NCBI GenBank assembly: GCA_964649195.1
Contig: CAZYPK010000004.1
Span: 8,000 to 71,999 of the forward strand
DNA length: 64,000 nucleotides
Source: an uncultured Phycisphaeraceae bacterium
Lineage (GTDB): Bacteria > Planctomycetota > Phycisphaerae > Phycisphaerales > Phycisphaeraceae
Reading direction: 5' to 3'
Below are positions 45,718-54,364 of the stretch, one piece after another. A program made the translations under genes and the position numbers. The notes beneath the pieces were generated by a model that saw only the letters and a program-made list of their open reading frames with translations, was not told the origin of the DNA and searched no databases. Numbering within the stretch: position 1 is the stretch's first letter; the number at the start of each line of letters is the position of its first letter.

Positions 45718-45960
45718 ATGGTCACGCTAAACGCCCATTTCGACGGCAAGGTGCTCGTGCCCGACGAGCCGCTGGATTTGCCGGCGAACCAGAAGGTCCG
45801 CATCCAGGTCGAGCCGATCGAAGCCGATCCGAAGCGGACTGACTTCAGCCAATGGATCGGCTTGGCCGCTCATCCGAATCAAAAACCCTATGACCCCGCC
45901 GAGGAAGACGCACTCTGGGAGAAGGGCCCGCTTCGGCAGACCGACTCTCATCCGCGCTGA
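45718..45960 (+). CDS. DUF104/AF2212-like antitoxin, cassette 1
   Basis: MVTLNAHFDGKVLVPDEPLDLPANQKVRIQVEP matches the antitoxin-family pattern. Lies 12 nt upstream of the PIN gene. Confidence 0.8.
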   Translation: MVTLNAHFDGKVLVPDEPLDLPANQKVRIQVEPIEADPKRTDFSQWIGLAAHPNQKPYDPAEEDALWEKGPLRQTDSHPR

Positions 45961-45972
45961 GGATCGCCCGCC

Positions 45973-46356
45973 ATGCCTCTCATCCTCGACACTTCGGCCT
46001 TGATCGCGCTCTACCTCGGCGAGCCGACCGCCACCTGGATCAATGAGCAGATGACCGCCGCCGACCGGTTGCTGATGAGCAGCGTCAACCTGACCGAAAG
46101 TCTCATCATCCTTCGGCAGCGCGTGCCCGAACAGGGCGACGCACTCGCGCAGCGTCTGCTCGCCAGCAGCATCGAGTTCATCCCGCCCGACACCACGCAA
46201 GCGACCGTCGCCGCCCGCGCGCGATTGCAGTATCCGCTCAACCTCGGCGACTGCTTCGCCTACGCGCTGGCGAAAACGCAGAACCTGCCGTTGCTCACGC
46301 TCGACCGGGATTTCCGCGCGACTGATGTTTCAGTCATCCTCCCGCCGCAACCGTGA
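45973..46356 (+). CDS. vapC: PIN-domain toxin (VapC family), cassette 1
   Basis: MPLILDTSALIA, NLTES, LGDCFAYALA and TLDRDF provide the four acidic PIN positions. Confidence 0.88.
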   Translation: MPLILDTSALIALYLGEPTATWINEQMTAADRLLMSSVNLTESLIILRQRVPEQGDALAQRLLASSIEFIPPDTTQATVAARARLQYPLNLGDCFAYALAKTQNLPLLTLDRDFRATDVSVILPPQP

Positions 46357-46365
46357 GCGGAAGAA

Positions 46366-46669
46366 TCAACCACGGTCCGCGTCGTGTCGCCCTCGAACTT
46401 CCAGGCGGCGATGTCGGCCGGGATTCTGCCCCATCATCTGTGCGGCGCCCCTCGGATTGGCTATTCTGTTCATCCTTCACGGCTTACTTGGGCAGGTTTG
46501 GCGGCGTTTGCGAACTCGTGATGTGGGATGATTCTCCCCTTGAATTGAGTTTCCCATGAGCGGATTGCTTCTCATCATCTCCGGCCCTTCGGGCGTCGGC
46601 AAAACGACCATCACGCACCAGGCCGAGCGCGAGCTTCAAGGTGTCTTCAGCGTTTCCATGACCACCCGC
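46366..46669 (+). repeat. 304-bp duplicate A of the gmk upstream region plus first 37 codons
   Basis: By hand alignment to 47530-47833, the 190-bp upstream part is identical. About 5 substitutions all fall in the coding part. Confidence 0.9.
46556..46669 (+). pseudogene. 5' fragment of guanylate kinase (first 37-38 codons), truncated by TA cassette 2
   Basis: MSGLLLIISGPSGVGKTTITHQAERELQGVFSVSMTTR is near-identical to the start of gmk at 47720. Reading continues into the cassette leader (RIVTFTLGAG...). Confidence 0.85.
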
Positions 46670-46758
46670 CGGATCGTGACGTTCACGCTCGGCGCCGGCA
46701 GCACCGGCGGCGGAACATGCGGGAATTCTCGCGTGATCTCCGCTATCATGATTGCATC
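46670..46758 (+). promoter_or_regulatory. Conserved leader of TA cassette 2
   Basis: CGGATCGTGACGTTCACGCTCGGCGCCGGCAGC...GGGAATTCTCGCGTGATCTCCGCTATCATGATTGCATC. Confidence 0.5.
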
Positions 46759-47004
46759 ATGGTCACGTTAAACGCCCATTTCGATGGCAAGGTGATCGTC
46801 CCCGACGAACCGCTGGCCCTGAAGCCCAACCAGAAACTCCGCATCAGCGTCGAGCCGATCGAACCGTCTGCTCCCGGCGAACCGAAGCCCAGGCGAATTC
46901 TTGGCCAGCAGCCCGGCGCCGTCACGTTCCTCGCTCCCGACTGGAACGCGCCGCTTCCTGACGACATCTGGGGCCACAACCAAGACGACGAGCCCAAGCC
47001 ATGA
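46759..47004 (+). CDS. DUF104/AF2212-like antitoxin, cassette 2
   Basis: MVTLNAHFDGKVIVPDEPLALKPNQKLRISVEP. The first roughly 45 codons are about 80-85 percent identical at nucleotide level to cassette 1, judged by eye. Confidence 0.8.
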   Translation: MVTLNAHFDGKVIVPDEPLALKPNQKLRISVEPIEPSAPGEPKPRRILGQQPGAVTFLAPDWNAPLPDDIWGHNQDDEPKP

Positions 47005-47390
47005 GATTGCTCCTGGACTCGCAGGCGTTCATCCTGCTCCTTCAACAGCCCGATTCGCTTCCTTCAGCGGCGCGCGATGCGATGGTCGATCCGGACAACG
47101 AGATGTTTCTCAGCATCGTCACGCCGATCGAATTGCAGATCAAGGTCAACCTCGGGAAACTGAGTTTCGCCCAATCGGTGCGCGAGCACGTCCGGTTCGA
47201 GATTGACCGGGGAAAGTTCGAGTTTCTTCCCATCACCCTCGATCACGCCGACGCGCTCTCCCGTCTGCCCGATCACCATCGCGACCCGTTCGACCGTTTG
47301 CTGATCGCCCAGGCGATGCACGAGAACCTGACCATCGTCACCGGCGATGAGACGATCGCCAGGTATCCCGTGCCCGTGCTTTGGCGGTGA
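47001..47390 (+). CDS. vapC: PIN-domain toxin (VapC family), cassette 2
   Basis: ATGA overlap with the antitoxin. MRLLLDSQAFI, IELQ, HRDPFDRLLIAQA and TGDE motifs. Different PIN subfamily from cassette 1. Confidence 0.85.
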   Translation: MRLLLDSQAFILLLQQPDSLPSAARDAMVDPDNEMFLSIVTPIELQIKVNLGKLSFAQSVREHVRFEIDRGKFEFLPITLDHADALSRLPDHHRDPFDRLLIAQAMHENLTIVTGDETIARYPVPVLWR

Positions 47391-47529
47391 TCACGCCGCC
47401 ATCGACAACCCGCCGGGGATGTTGGTGTTGACCGGCTGGCAGACCGGGCCGTTCTGGGCGCGGGGGTTGAACCGGAACGCCGTCAGCCACACCGTCGCGC
47501 CGTTGACCACGCCGACGGGGAACTCGACA

Positions 47530-47833
47530 TCAACCACGGTCCGCGTCGTGTCGCCCTCGAACTTCCAGGCGGCGATGTCGGCCGGGATTCTGCCCCATCA
47601 TCTGTGCGGCGCCCCTCGGATTGGCTATTCTGTTCATCCTTCACGGCTTACTTGGGCAGGTTTGGCGGCGTTTGCGAACTCGTGATGTGGGATGATTCTC
47701 CCCTTGAATTGAGTTTCCCATGAGCGGATTGCTTCTCATCATCTCCGGCCCTTCGGGTGTCGGCAAAACGACCATCACGCACCAGGTGGAGCGCGAGCTT
47801 CAAGGGGTGTTCAGCGTTTCCATGACCACCCGC
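47530..47833 (+). repeat. 304-bp duplicate B (native gmk promoter and 5' coding region)
   Basis: See duplicate A. Continues into intact gmk. Confidence 0.9.
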
Positions 47834-48304
47834 GCCAAGGCGATGGGCGACAAGGATGGCGTTGATTATCACTTCGTTTCACAGGGCGAGTTCAACCGCG
47901 CCCGTGACAACAATGAACTGCTCGAATGGGCCGAGGTTTATCCGGGGCTCAGTTACGGCACGCCGCGCAAGCCTGTCGAAGATGCGCTGACGCAGGGCAA
48001 ACTGATGATTCTGGAGATTGATGTGGATGGCGCGATGCAGGTGAAGGAGAAGATGCCGCAGGCGTTCTCGATCTTCGTGCTGCCGCCCAATGAGGAAGTG
48101 CTGCTGCAACGGCTTCAGGCGCGCGGACGGGACGATCATTCCGCCATTCAGCGCCGCTTCGCCAAGGCCAAGCGGGAGATCGTCAAGGCGTGGGAAAGCG
48201 GGGTCTATGACGAGTTCATCGTCAACCGCGATCTGACGCAGGCGGTGAAGGAGGCGGTTTCGCTCGTGAGTAAACGTCTGTCCAACGCTACACTGTTCTC
48301 ATGA
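47720..48304 (+). CDS. gmk: Guanylate kinase
   Basis: GPSGVGKTT P-loop, SMTTR, YHFVS and YGTP motifs. 194 aa. Confidence 0.95.
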   Translation: MSGLLLIISGPSGVGKTTITHQVERELQGVFSVSMTTRAKAMGDKDGVDYHFVSQGEFNRARDNNELLEWAEVYPGLSYGTPRKPVEDALTQGKLMILEIDVDGAMQVKEKMPQAFSIFVLPPNEEVLLQRLQARGRDDHSAIQRRFAKAKREIVKAWESGVYDEFIVNRDLTQAVKEAVSLVSKRLSNATLFS

Positions 48305-49914
48305 ACGGCGCTGTCTTCCTCGATCGCGACAACACGATCATCCACAACGATGGTGATCTGGGCGATCCTTCGCAGGTGCGATTGATCCAGGGAGCGGCCT
48401 CCGCCATCGCTTCTCTCAAGGGGCTTAACTACCGCATCATCGTCGTGACCAATCAAGGCGGCGTGGCGCGCGGCAAGTACACGGAGGCGGATGTCGATCG
48501 CGTCAATGAGAAAATCAATGAGCTGATCCGCGCCAACTCCGGCGTGTTCATCGATCGTTTTTATTACTGTCCGTATCACCCGGAGGGCACGGTCGATCGC
48601 TATCGCCGCGATCATCCGTGGCGGAAGCCGCGGCCGGGCATGTTGCTTCAGGCGGCGCGGGATCTGGGGATCGATCTGCGGCAGTCGTGGATGATCGGCG
48701 ATCAGATGCGCGACGTGCAGGCGGGTTTTTCGGCGGGGGTCGTGCCGATTCTGCTTTCGCAGGAGGGCCTCGCGCCGCCGGCGACGAAGGCGCTGCCGCC
48801 GGGCGTGACGCCACCGCCCGATGATCGCACGGCAGCGGCGAAGATGGTGGCCATCGAACCGGTGCGGGATTATTTCATCGTCCGCAGCCTGATCGAAGCG
48901 GTGCGGCTGGTCGGCCAGAAAAGCAGGCCGACGAATGTGACTGTGGCGATGAAGACCGAGCGGATCGAAGTCATCTCCAGGCCGCTGCCTCGCGTGGCGA
49001 CGGCGATGTTTGACGCCCCCGTCACGGGAGCGCAGGAAGAAATCGAATCGATCCGGCAGACGGCGGTGGTGGTCAACGAAGCCGCCACCGAAGCCGCCGC
49101 CACGGAGATTGACACGCCAGGCAACGCCAAACGAAAGAGCCGGAGCGAGAGAGGCAGGAGCGCCAAGGGAACGGATGGCGTCGCATCGGATGATGCCGTC
49201 GCCGCATTCGCATCACCTCTCATCAAGTCCCCTTCCACCGGCAAGGGCATCGAGGAAATCGAATCGAAGGCGGGCGATGATCCTCTGCTGACGCAGCCGC
49301 GAAAGCCAATGACCGAAGCGGCGGTTGCGGCGACGGATGGTTCGCAGGAGACTTCAAGGAGCGAATCACGATCCTCCAAGGCACACCAGCGCAGGCGATC
49401 CACCACGAGCGAACCGGCCGCGAGTGCGGCGGCATCACCGCCGCCATCAACCGTTCCGGCGAAGCTGATCGAATCACCTTCACGCGAAGCCGCTCTGCCT
49501 GCGACCGCTGAATCGCAAAACGTGGCGCACGATGAACCGGCTCCTTCCGCAGGCAATACCCCGGCGCAGGCTTTCAGCGCAACACCTCTGTCACTTCCGC
49601 TTTCGTCTTCATCGCCGCGGCGCACGGAGCCGATGCCTGAGAACGCGACCACCCCTGTCACCGGTTCTTCGCCGATGACCGCCGAGCAGACGCTGCGTCA
49701 GATTCTTCAGGAGCTTCGCAGCCGGCGCAAAGTCGGGGGCGAGTTCACCTATGCCGGGGTGATGGCGATCGTGCTTCAGATGGTGGCGGGCGTCTGCCTG
49801 CTGGCGGGCCTGCTCATGGGTTCGGGCGATGACGGCCTGTTCCTTCGCTGGATGGCCTGCGCGACGCTGCTGCAACTGGCCACGCTGGCGATGCTGCTGT
49901 TGCGCAGGACGTGA
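48301..49914 (+). CDS. gmhB: HAD-IIIA phosphatase (D,D-heptose 1,7-bisphosphate phosphatase-like) with a long low-complexity extension and C-terminal TM helices
   Basis: VFLDRDNT, VVTNQGGVARG, RKPRPGM and IGDQMRDVQAG motifs in the first roughly 170 aa. About 300 aa of A/S/P/T-rich sequence follows, then hydrophobic helices. Confidence 0.8.
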   Translation: MNGAVFLDRDNTIIHNDGDLGDPSQVRLIQGAASAIASLKGLNYRIIVVTNQGGVARGKYTEADVDRVNEKINELIRANSGVFIDRFYYCPYHPEGTVDRYRRDHPWRKPRPGMLLQAARDLGIDLRQSWMIGDQMRDVQAGFSAGVVPILLSQEGLAPPATKALPPGVTPPPDDRTAAAKMVAIEPVRDYFIVRSLIEAVRLVGQKSRPTNVTVAMKTERIEVISRPLPRVATAMFDAPVTGAQEEIESIRQTAVVVNEAATEAAATEIDTPGNAKRKSRSERGRSAKGTDGVASDDAVAAFASPLIKSPSTGKGIEEIESKAGDDPLLTQPRKPMTEAAVAATDGSQETSRSESRSSKAHQRRRSTTSEPAASAAASPPPSTVPAKLIESPSREAALPATAESQNVAHDEPAPSAGNTPAQAFSATPLSLPLSSSSPRRTEPMPENATTPVTGSSPMTAEQTLRQILQELRSRRKVGGEFTYAGVMAIVLQMVAGVCLLAGLLMGSGDDGLFLRWMACATLLQLATLAMLLLRRT

Positions 49915-49931
49915 GAGTGCAGCGTCTTTCC

Positions 49932-50065
49932 GAGAGGTCAGAGATCAGAGGTCAGCTTTGAGATTTGAAATCTGAGATTTGAAATTTAAGATTTCAGTCG
50001 TCAATCATCGGCTTTCTGTTTGTCGAAGTTCCCAGGCTGACCTCTGACTTCTGATCTCCGATCTC
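49932..50065. repeat. Heptamer-periodic inverted repeat between the gmhB-like and GT9 genes
   Basis: Arms GAGAGGTCAGAGATCAGAGGTCAGC and GCTGACCTCTGACTTCTGATCTCCGATCTC. The interior is TGAGATT/TGAAATC heptamers. Confidence 0.8.
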
Positions 50066-50101
50066 TGCGAGCCATGCCCCGCCTTTGCTATACTCCACCG
50101 C

Positions 50102-51262
50102 ATGGCGAAGACGCCCGAGAGATCGCAGCACGCCCCCTCCGAACGATTGTTGGTGGTCATGCCCACCACCCTGGCGGATGTGGTGATGGCCACCCCGACG
50201 CTGCGCGCCTTTCGCCGGCTTTATCCCCAGGCCCGCATCACCGCCCTGATCCGGCGTCACCTGCGACCGCTGCTCGACGGCTGCCCCTGGATCGACCGCA
50301 CGGTCAGCGCCAGGCAGAAGAACAAGCACGCCCCGACCGCCAAACGCACCGGCCCCATCAAGCTCGCCGCCCGGCTGGCCAGCGCCAGGTTCGACACCGC
50401 CGTCCTGCTCCCCGAAGGATTGCGGGCCGCCCTGTTGGTGCGGCTGGCGGGCATTCCCCGCCGCGTCGGTTACGACCGCAGCGGACGCAGCGGCGTGCTC
50501 ACCGATCGCCTGCTTCACCGCAGGCTCAAAGGCAGGCTCGTCCCCATCGCCACGCGCGAGCTCTACCTGGGCCTGGCCCGCTACCTGGGCGCCATCGATC
50601 CCGATCCGGCCATGCAACTGTTCACCCGTGAAGAAGATGACCGGCACGTGGCCGGCCTGCTCGCCGCATGGGGCGTGCGGGGTGAAAAGGATCCTGCAAC
50701 CGGTTTGTCAAATCGCCCGCTGATCGTGCTCGTGCCCGGCGCGGGCAACGAGCAGCGGAAGATGTGGCCGGCCGGCCGCTTTGCGGAACTGGCCGATCGC
50801 TGCGCTTCGCAGTTCAACGCCGTCGTCGCGGTCAGCGGTTCGCCTGCGGAACGGCCGATTCTCGATCAGGTGAAGAAGCACGCGGGCGGGCCGGTGATCG
50901 ATCTGCCTGCGATGGGCGTCGATCTGTCGCTGCTCAAGAGCGTCATCAGGCAGAGCCGACTGGTCATCACCAACGACACCGGCCCCAGGCAGATGGCCGC
51001 CGCCCTGGGCACGCCGGCGGTGACGCTCTTTGCCGACGATGATCGCCGATGGTCGGACACCGGCGTGCATCACGAGAGACACGTTCTGCCCGCCGCGGAA
51101 GCGGCAACCGCCTCGCCCTCACGATCCGACCCCCGTCATCCGCTGCACGTCATCTCCGTCGATGAAGTCATTGCCCACGTGCAGCAGGCCCTGTCGCAAC
51201 CCGGAATCGCGGCCGATTCACCCGCCTCCCCCGCCACCTTCGCCCACCACCCGCAGGCATGA
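50102..51262 (+). CDS. Glycosyltransferase family 9 (LPS heptosyltransferase-like)
   Basis: LLVVMPTTLADVVMATPTLRAFR N-terminus, LVPGAGNEQRKMWP and ITNDTGPRQMAAALGTP motifs. Confidence 0.85.
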   Translation: MAKTPERSQHAPSERLLVVMPTTLADVVMATPTLRAFRRLYPQARITALIRRHLRPLLDGCPWIDRTVSARQKNKHAPTAKRTGPIKLAARLASARFDTAVLLPEGLRAALLVRLAGIPRRVGYDRSGRSGVLTDRLLHRRLKGRLVPIATRELYLGLARYLGAIDPDPAMQLFTREEDDRHVAGLLAAWGVRGEKDPATGLSNRPLIVLVPGAGNEQRKMWPAGRFAELADRCASQFNAVVAVSGSPAERPILDQVKKHAGGPVIDLPAMGVDLSLLKSVIRQSRLVITNDTGPRQMAAALGTPAVTLFADDDRRWSDTGVHHERHVLPAAEAATASPSRSDPRHPLHVISVDEVIAHVQQALSQPGIAADSPASPATFAHHPQA

Positions 51263-52422
51263 ACATCGCCATCGCCATCGAGCGGTTCGATCCCCTGGCC
51301 TCGGGCATCGAACGATCCACCCATCAGATCGCCACCCACCTGATCGGCAAAGGCCATCGCGTGGCCGTCATCACCGGCGAGGCGCCGCCGGACCTCACGC
51401 TCGACGGCGGAGAAATCATCAACGGAAACACCGTCAACTTCCGCCATCGCGTCAGCGTCTCGGCATTCGCCCGATGGGCGCCATCGGCCTTGGCCCGGCA
51501 ACAGGCCGACATCACGCTCTCCATGTCGATGGCCTGCCCCGCCATGCTCGTCGCGCCGCGCCAAGGGCTGCTGGCGGAACGGATCAAACGCGAAGCGGCC
51601 GCCGGCAACGTGCCACCATCGAAGATGCGCAGCGCCGCATGGCAATGGCTCAATCTGCCCCGGCAAGTCAGCCTCAAGCGGGAGCGCGCGACAGCAGGCA
51701 ACCCCGTCATTCGCAGGTTCATCGCCATCAGTCGTTACGTCGCCAGGCAACTGGAGGAACATCACGACATCCCGCGCGACATGATCGAGCTGATCCCCAA
51801 CGCATCGGAGTTGCCGGTGGTTTCCAACGAGCAGCGCATCAGCCATCGCAGGCGAATTCGATCGGGCTTTCAGGTCGCCGAGGACGCCCTCACCCTGCTC
51901 TTTTTCGCCCAGCACAACTCCCGGCTCAAGGGCATCGATCCCCTGCTGCCGGCGCTGCGCAAGCTCATCGATCAGGGAAGCAACATCACCCTGCTGCTGG
52001 CCGGCCACATCCCCTACCGCGATCAACTGCACATCGCCCGGCTGAACCTCCGCCGGCAGGTTCGCATGATCGGTCCGACGAATCAGATCGCCGAGCTGCT
52101 GTGCGCCACCGACATCACAGCCATGCCTTCGTTCTTCGATCCGTCCGGCAAAATCGTGATCGAGTCGCTGATGATGGGCGTGCCGGTGGTGACCAGCCGA
52201 TACAACGGCGCCGGCGACTTTCTGCATGATGAAGCCGGAAAGGCTTCCGGCCGGATCATCGAAAACCCCGCCGACACCGATGAACTCGCCGCCGCCATCG
52301 CTTCGTTCATCAGTCCCGAATCGCGCCTTGCCTGCCACCAATATGCAGCCCGCTGGCGGGAACAGCTTGCCATGTCGCGGCACGTCGATCAGCTTGAATC
52401 GCTGATGCTGGATTCTGTTTGA
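51259..52422 (+). CDS. Glycosyltransferase family 4 (GT-B)
   Basis: ATGA overlap with the GT9 gene. FFDPSGKIVIESLMMGVPVVTSRYNGAGDFL motif. The last 4 codons and stop are supplied by MITE R3 copy 4. Confidence 0.85.
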   Translation: MNIAIAIERFDPLASGIERSTHQIATHLIGKGHRVAVITGEAPPDLTLDGGEIINGNTVNFRHRVSVSAFARWAPSALARQQADITLSMSMACPAMLVAPRQGLLAERIKREAAAGNVPPSKMRSAAWQWLNLPRQVSLKRERATAGNPVIRRFIAISRYVARQLEEHHDIPRDMIELIPNASELPVVSNEQRISHRRRIRSGFQVAEDALTLLFFAQHNSRLKGIDPLLPALRKLIDQGSNITLLLAGHIPYRDQLHIARLNLRRQVRMIGPTNQIAELLCATDITAMPSFFDPSGKIVIESLMMGVPVVTSRYNGAGDFLHDEAGKASGRIIENPADTDELAAAIASFISPESRLACHQYAARWREQLAMSRHVDQLESLMLDSV

Positions 52423-52514
52423 TTGCGTTTTTTTGTTCTTGGAGCTTGTTTGGAGTTTGAGATTTGTCATTTGGAACTTCCAACAGAGTGGGGGCCGAGA
52501 ATTAAACGACCCTG
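52410..52514 (+). mobile_element. MITE family R3, copy 4 (right half only)
   Basis: GGATTCTGTTTGATTGCGTTTTTTTGTTCTTGGAGCTTGTTTGGAGTTTGAGATTTGTCATTTGGAACTTCC...ATTAAACGACCCTG matches the right half and right end of copy 1. Confidence 0.75.
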
Positions 52515-52634
52515 TTCCGGGCCTCGTTCTCCGTTGCCCGCGCGATCGACGATTGCTACCTTACCGCTTCGCCGCGATCGGTCACACGCCGGCGAATCCT
52601 TATTTCACCGGACCTTTCGTCGAGGAGTCTTTCC

Positions 52635-53825
52635 ATGTCCAAACCCTGCAACGTCGCTCTCGTGGGTACGAAGTTCATGGGCCGTGCCCATTCCAATGCG
52701 TGGCTGAAGGTCGCCAAGTTTTTCGAACTGCCTCTCGATCCGGTGATGCACACGCTCATCGCCCGCAACCCGCAGGAGACCGCCGCGTTTGCCGCCCGGT
52801 GGGGCTGGAAGAGTTTCACCACCGACTGGAAGGCTGCGCTGAAGAATCCTGAGATCACGCTCGTCGATGTCACCACGCCCAACAACGCCCACCGCGATCT
52901 CTCCATCGCGGCGCTCGAAGCCGGCAAGCACGTCGCCTGCGAAAAGCCGCTCGCCGCTTCGCTCTCGGACGCCAGGGCGATGATGGATGCCGCGAAGAAG
53001 GCGAAGAAATCTCAAACCTTTGTCTGGTACAACTACCGCCGCTGCCCCGCCGTGGCCCTGGCGCATCAGCTCGTCAAGGAAGGCCGGCTCGGCCGCATCT
53101 ATCAGATTCGCGGCTCCTATCTTCAGGACTGGGCCGGCCCCGACACGCCGCTGATGTGGCGCTTCCAGGGCGATGTCGCAGGCTCCGGGGCGCTGGGCGA
53201 TCTGCTGGCCCACACCATCGATGCCGCCAGGTTCATCACCGGCGACGAGATCAGCCAGGTCATCGGCGCGGCGATGGAGACCGTCATCAAGGAGCGCGTC
53301 ATCCTCGAATCCACCGGCGGCGAAATCTCCGGCCGAGGCGCGAAAACCGCCGTGAAAAAAGGCAAATCCACCGTCGATGACATCTCCCTCTTCCTCGCCA
53401 AAACCAAAAGCGGCGCGCTCTGCACCTTCGAGGCCACCCGCCTCTCCACCGGCTACAAAAACCAGAACCGCCTGGAAATCCACGGCGACAAGGGTGCCAT
53501 CCGCTTCGGCTTCGAACGCATGAACGAACTGGACTTCTACGACAACACCCTCGAAGAAAAAGTGCAAGGCTGGAACACCATCAACGTCACCAACGGCGGC
53601 GCAGGCCACCCCTATGCCGGCGCGTGGTGGCCCGTCGCCCACGTGCTCGGCTACGAGCACAGCTTCGTCAACATGGCCGCCGACATCGTGAAAGCCATCG
53701 GCGGCGAAAAGCCCGTCGTCCCGCTGCCGAGTTTCGCGGACGCCTACGAAACCCAGCGCGTGCTGGAGGCGGTGACGATCAGCGCGAAGAACCGCGGGCC
53801 GGTGAAGTTGTCGGAAGTGAAGTGA
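52635..53825 (+). CDS. Gfo/Idh/MocA family oxidoreductase
   Basis: GAGGAG RBS. VALVGTKFMGRAH Rossmann motif. GKHVACEKPL motif. Confidence 0.9.
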   Translation: MSKPCNVALVGTKFMGRAHSNAWLKVAKFFELPLDPVMHTLIARNPQETAAFAARWGWKSFTTDWKAALKNPEITLVDVTTPNNAHRDLSIAALEAGKHVACEKPLAASLSDARAMMDAAKKAKKSQTFVWYNYRRCPAVALAHQLVKEGRLGRIYQIRGSYLQDWAGPDTPLMWRFQGDVAGSGALGDLLAHTIDAARFITGDEISQVIGAAMETVIKERVILESTGGEISGRGAKTAVKKGKSTVDDISLFLAKTKSGALCTFEATRLSTGYKNQNRLEIHGDKGAIRFGFERMNELDFYDNTLEEKVQGWNTINVTNGGAGHPYAGAWWPVAHVLGYEHSFVNMAADIVKAIGGEKPVVPLPSFADAYETQRVLEAVTISAKNRGPVKLSEVK

Positions 53826-53833
53826 GAGAAGAG

Positions 53834-54347
53834 AGGGCCTAGGGAGGAGGGCCTGGGGCCTAGGGGGGAGAGGATTTGGGCGGATATATCAGGACATGAC
53901 GACCTATGGGGTACGTGCGATGGCTGACGCTCCTGGGCAGTTTCGGAATCTGATTGCATGGCGGAAATCCTACGCACTTTCACTGTTGGTGTATCAGTCC
54001 ACGAAAGCGTTCCCGGCAGAAGAAAAATATGGATTGACACAGCAGATTCGCCGGTCAGCCGTGAGCGTCCCCAGCAACATCGCTGAAGGTTGGGGACGAG
54101 GTTCACGAGTTGACTATGTGCGGTTCCTCTGCATCGCCCGTGGTTCGTTGTATGAACTGGACACCCAACTCAATCTCGCCCGTGATCTGGACATCCTCAA
54201 GTCGGCGGAGGATCTTTTTGAATTGTTGAACGAAACCCAACGAGTCCTCAACGGTCTGATCCGTTCACTCCAGTCAGAATAGAAACGTCATTCTTCAGAC
54301 CTTCTTCATCCCTTCACCTAGGCCCTAGGCCCTCCTCCCTAGGCCCT
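53834..54347. mobile_element. Cassette bounded by 31-bp inverted repeats, carrying the four-helix-bundle gene
   Basis: Left AGGGCCTAGGGAGGAGGGCCTGGGGCCTAGG (53834-53864). Right arm reverse complement AGGGCCTAGGGAGGAGGGCCTAGGGCCTAGG (54317-54347). 30 of 31 positions are identical. Confidence 0.65.
53896..54282 (+). CDS. Four-helix-bundle protein (23S rRNA intervening-sequence protein / Avd-like family)
   Basis: Motifs AWRKSYALSLLVYQSTKAFP, EKYGLTQQIRRSAVSVPSNIAEG and RGSLYELDTQL. The start may be the ATG at 53920. Confidence 0.85.
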   Translation: MTTYGVRAMADAPGQFRNLIAWRKSYALSLLVYQSTKAFPAEEKYGLTQQIRRSAVSVPSNIAEGWGRGSRVDYVRFLCIARGSLYELDTQLNLARDLDILKSAEDLFELLNETQRVLNGLIRSLQSE

Positions 54348-54364
54348 GCCCCAAGGAGTCTTCC

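Noticed and set aside
47391-47600. A minus-strand open frame (…ADIAAWKFEGDTTRTVVDVEFPVGVVNGATVWLTAFRFNPRAQNGPV…*) that might be a gene remnant next to TA cassette 2.
   Set aside because: It has no start codon, runs about 65 codons only and has no recognisable family. Part of it lies in the duplicated gmk upstream block. I cannot distinguish a relic from chance in GC-rich DNA.
53834-54347. A diversity-generating retroelement around the Avd-like four-helix-bundle gene.
   Set aside because: The window has no reverse transcriptase ORF, no template/variable repeat pair with adenine-specific differences and no target gene with a C-type lectin fold.
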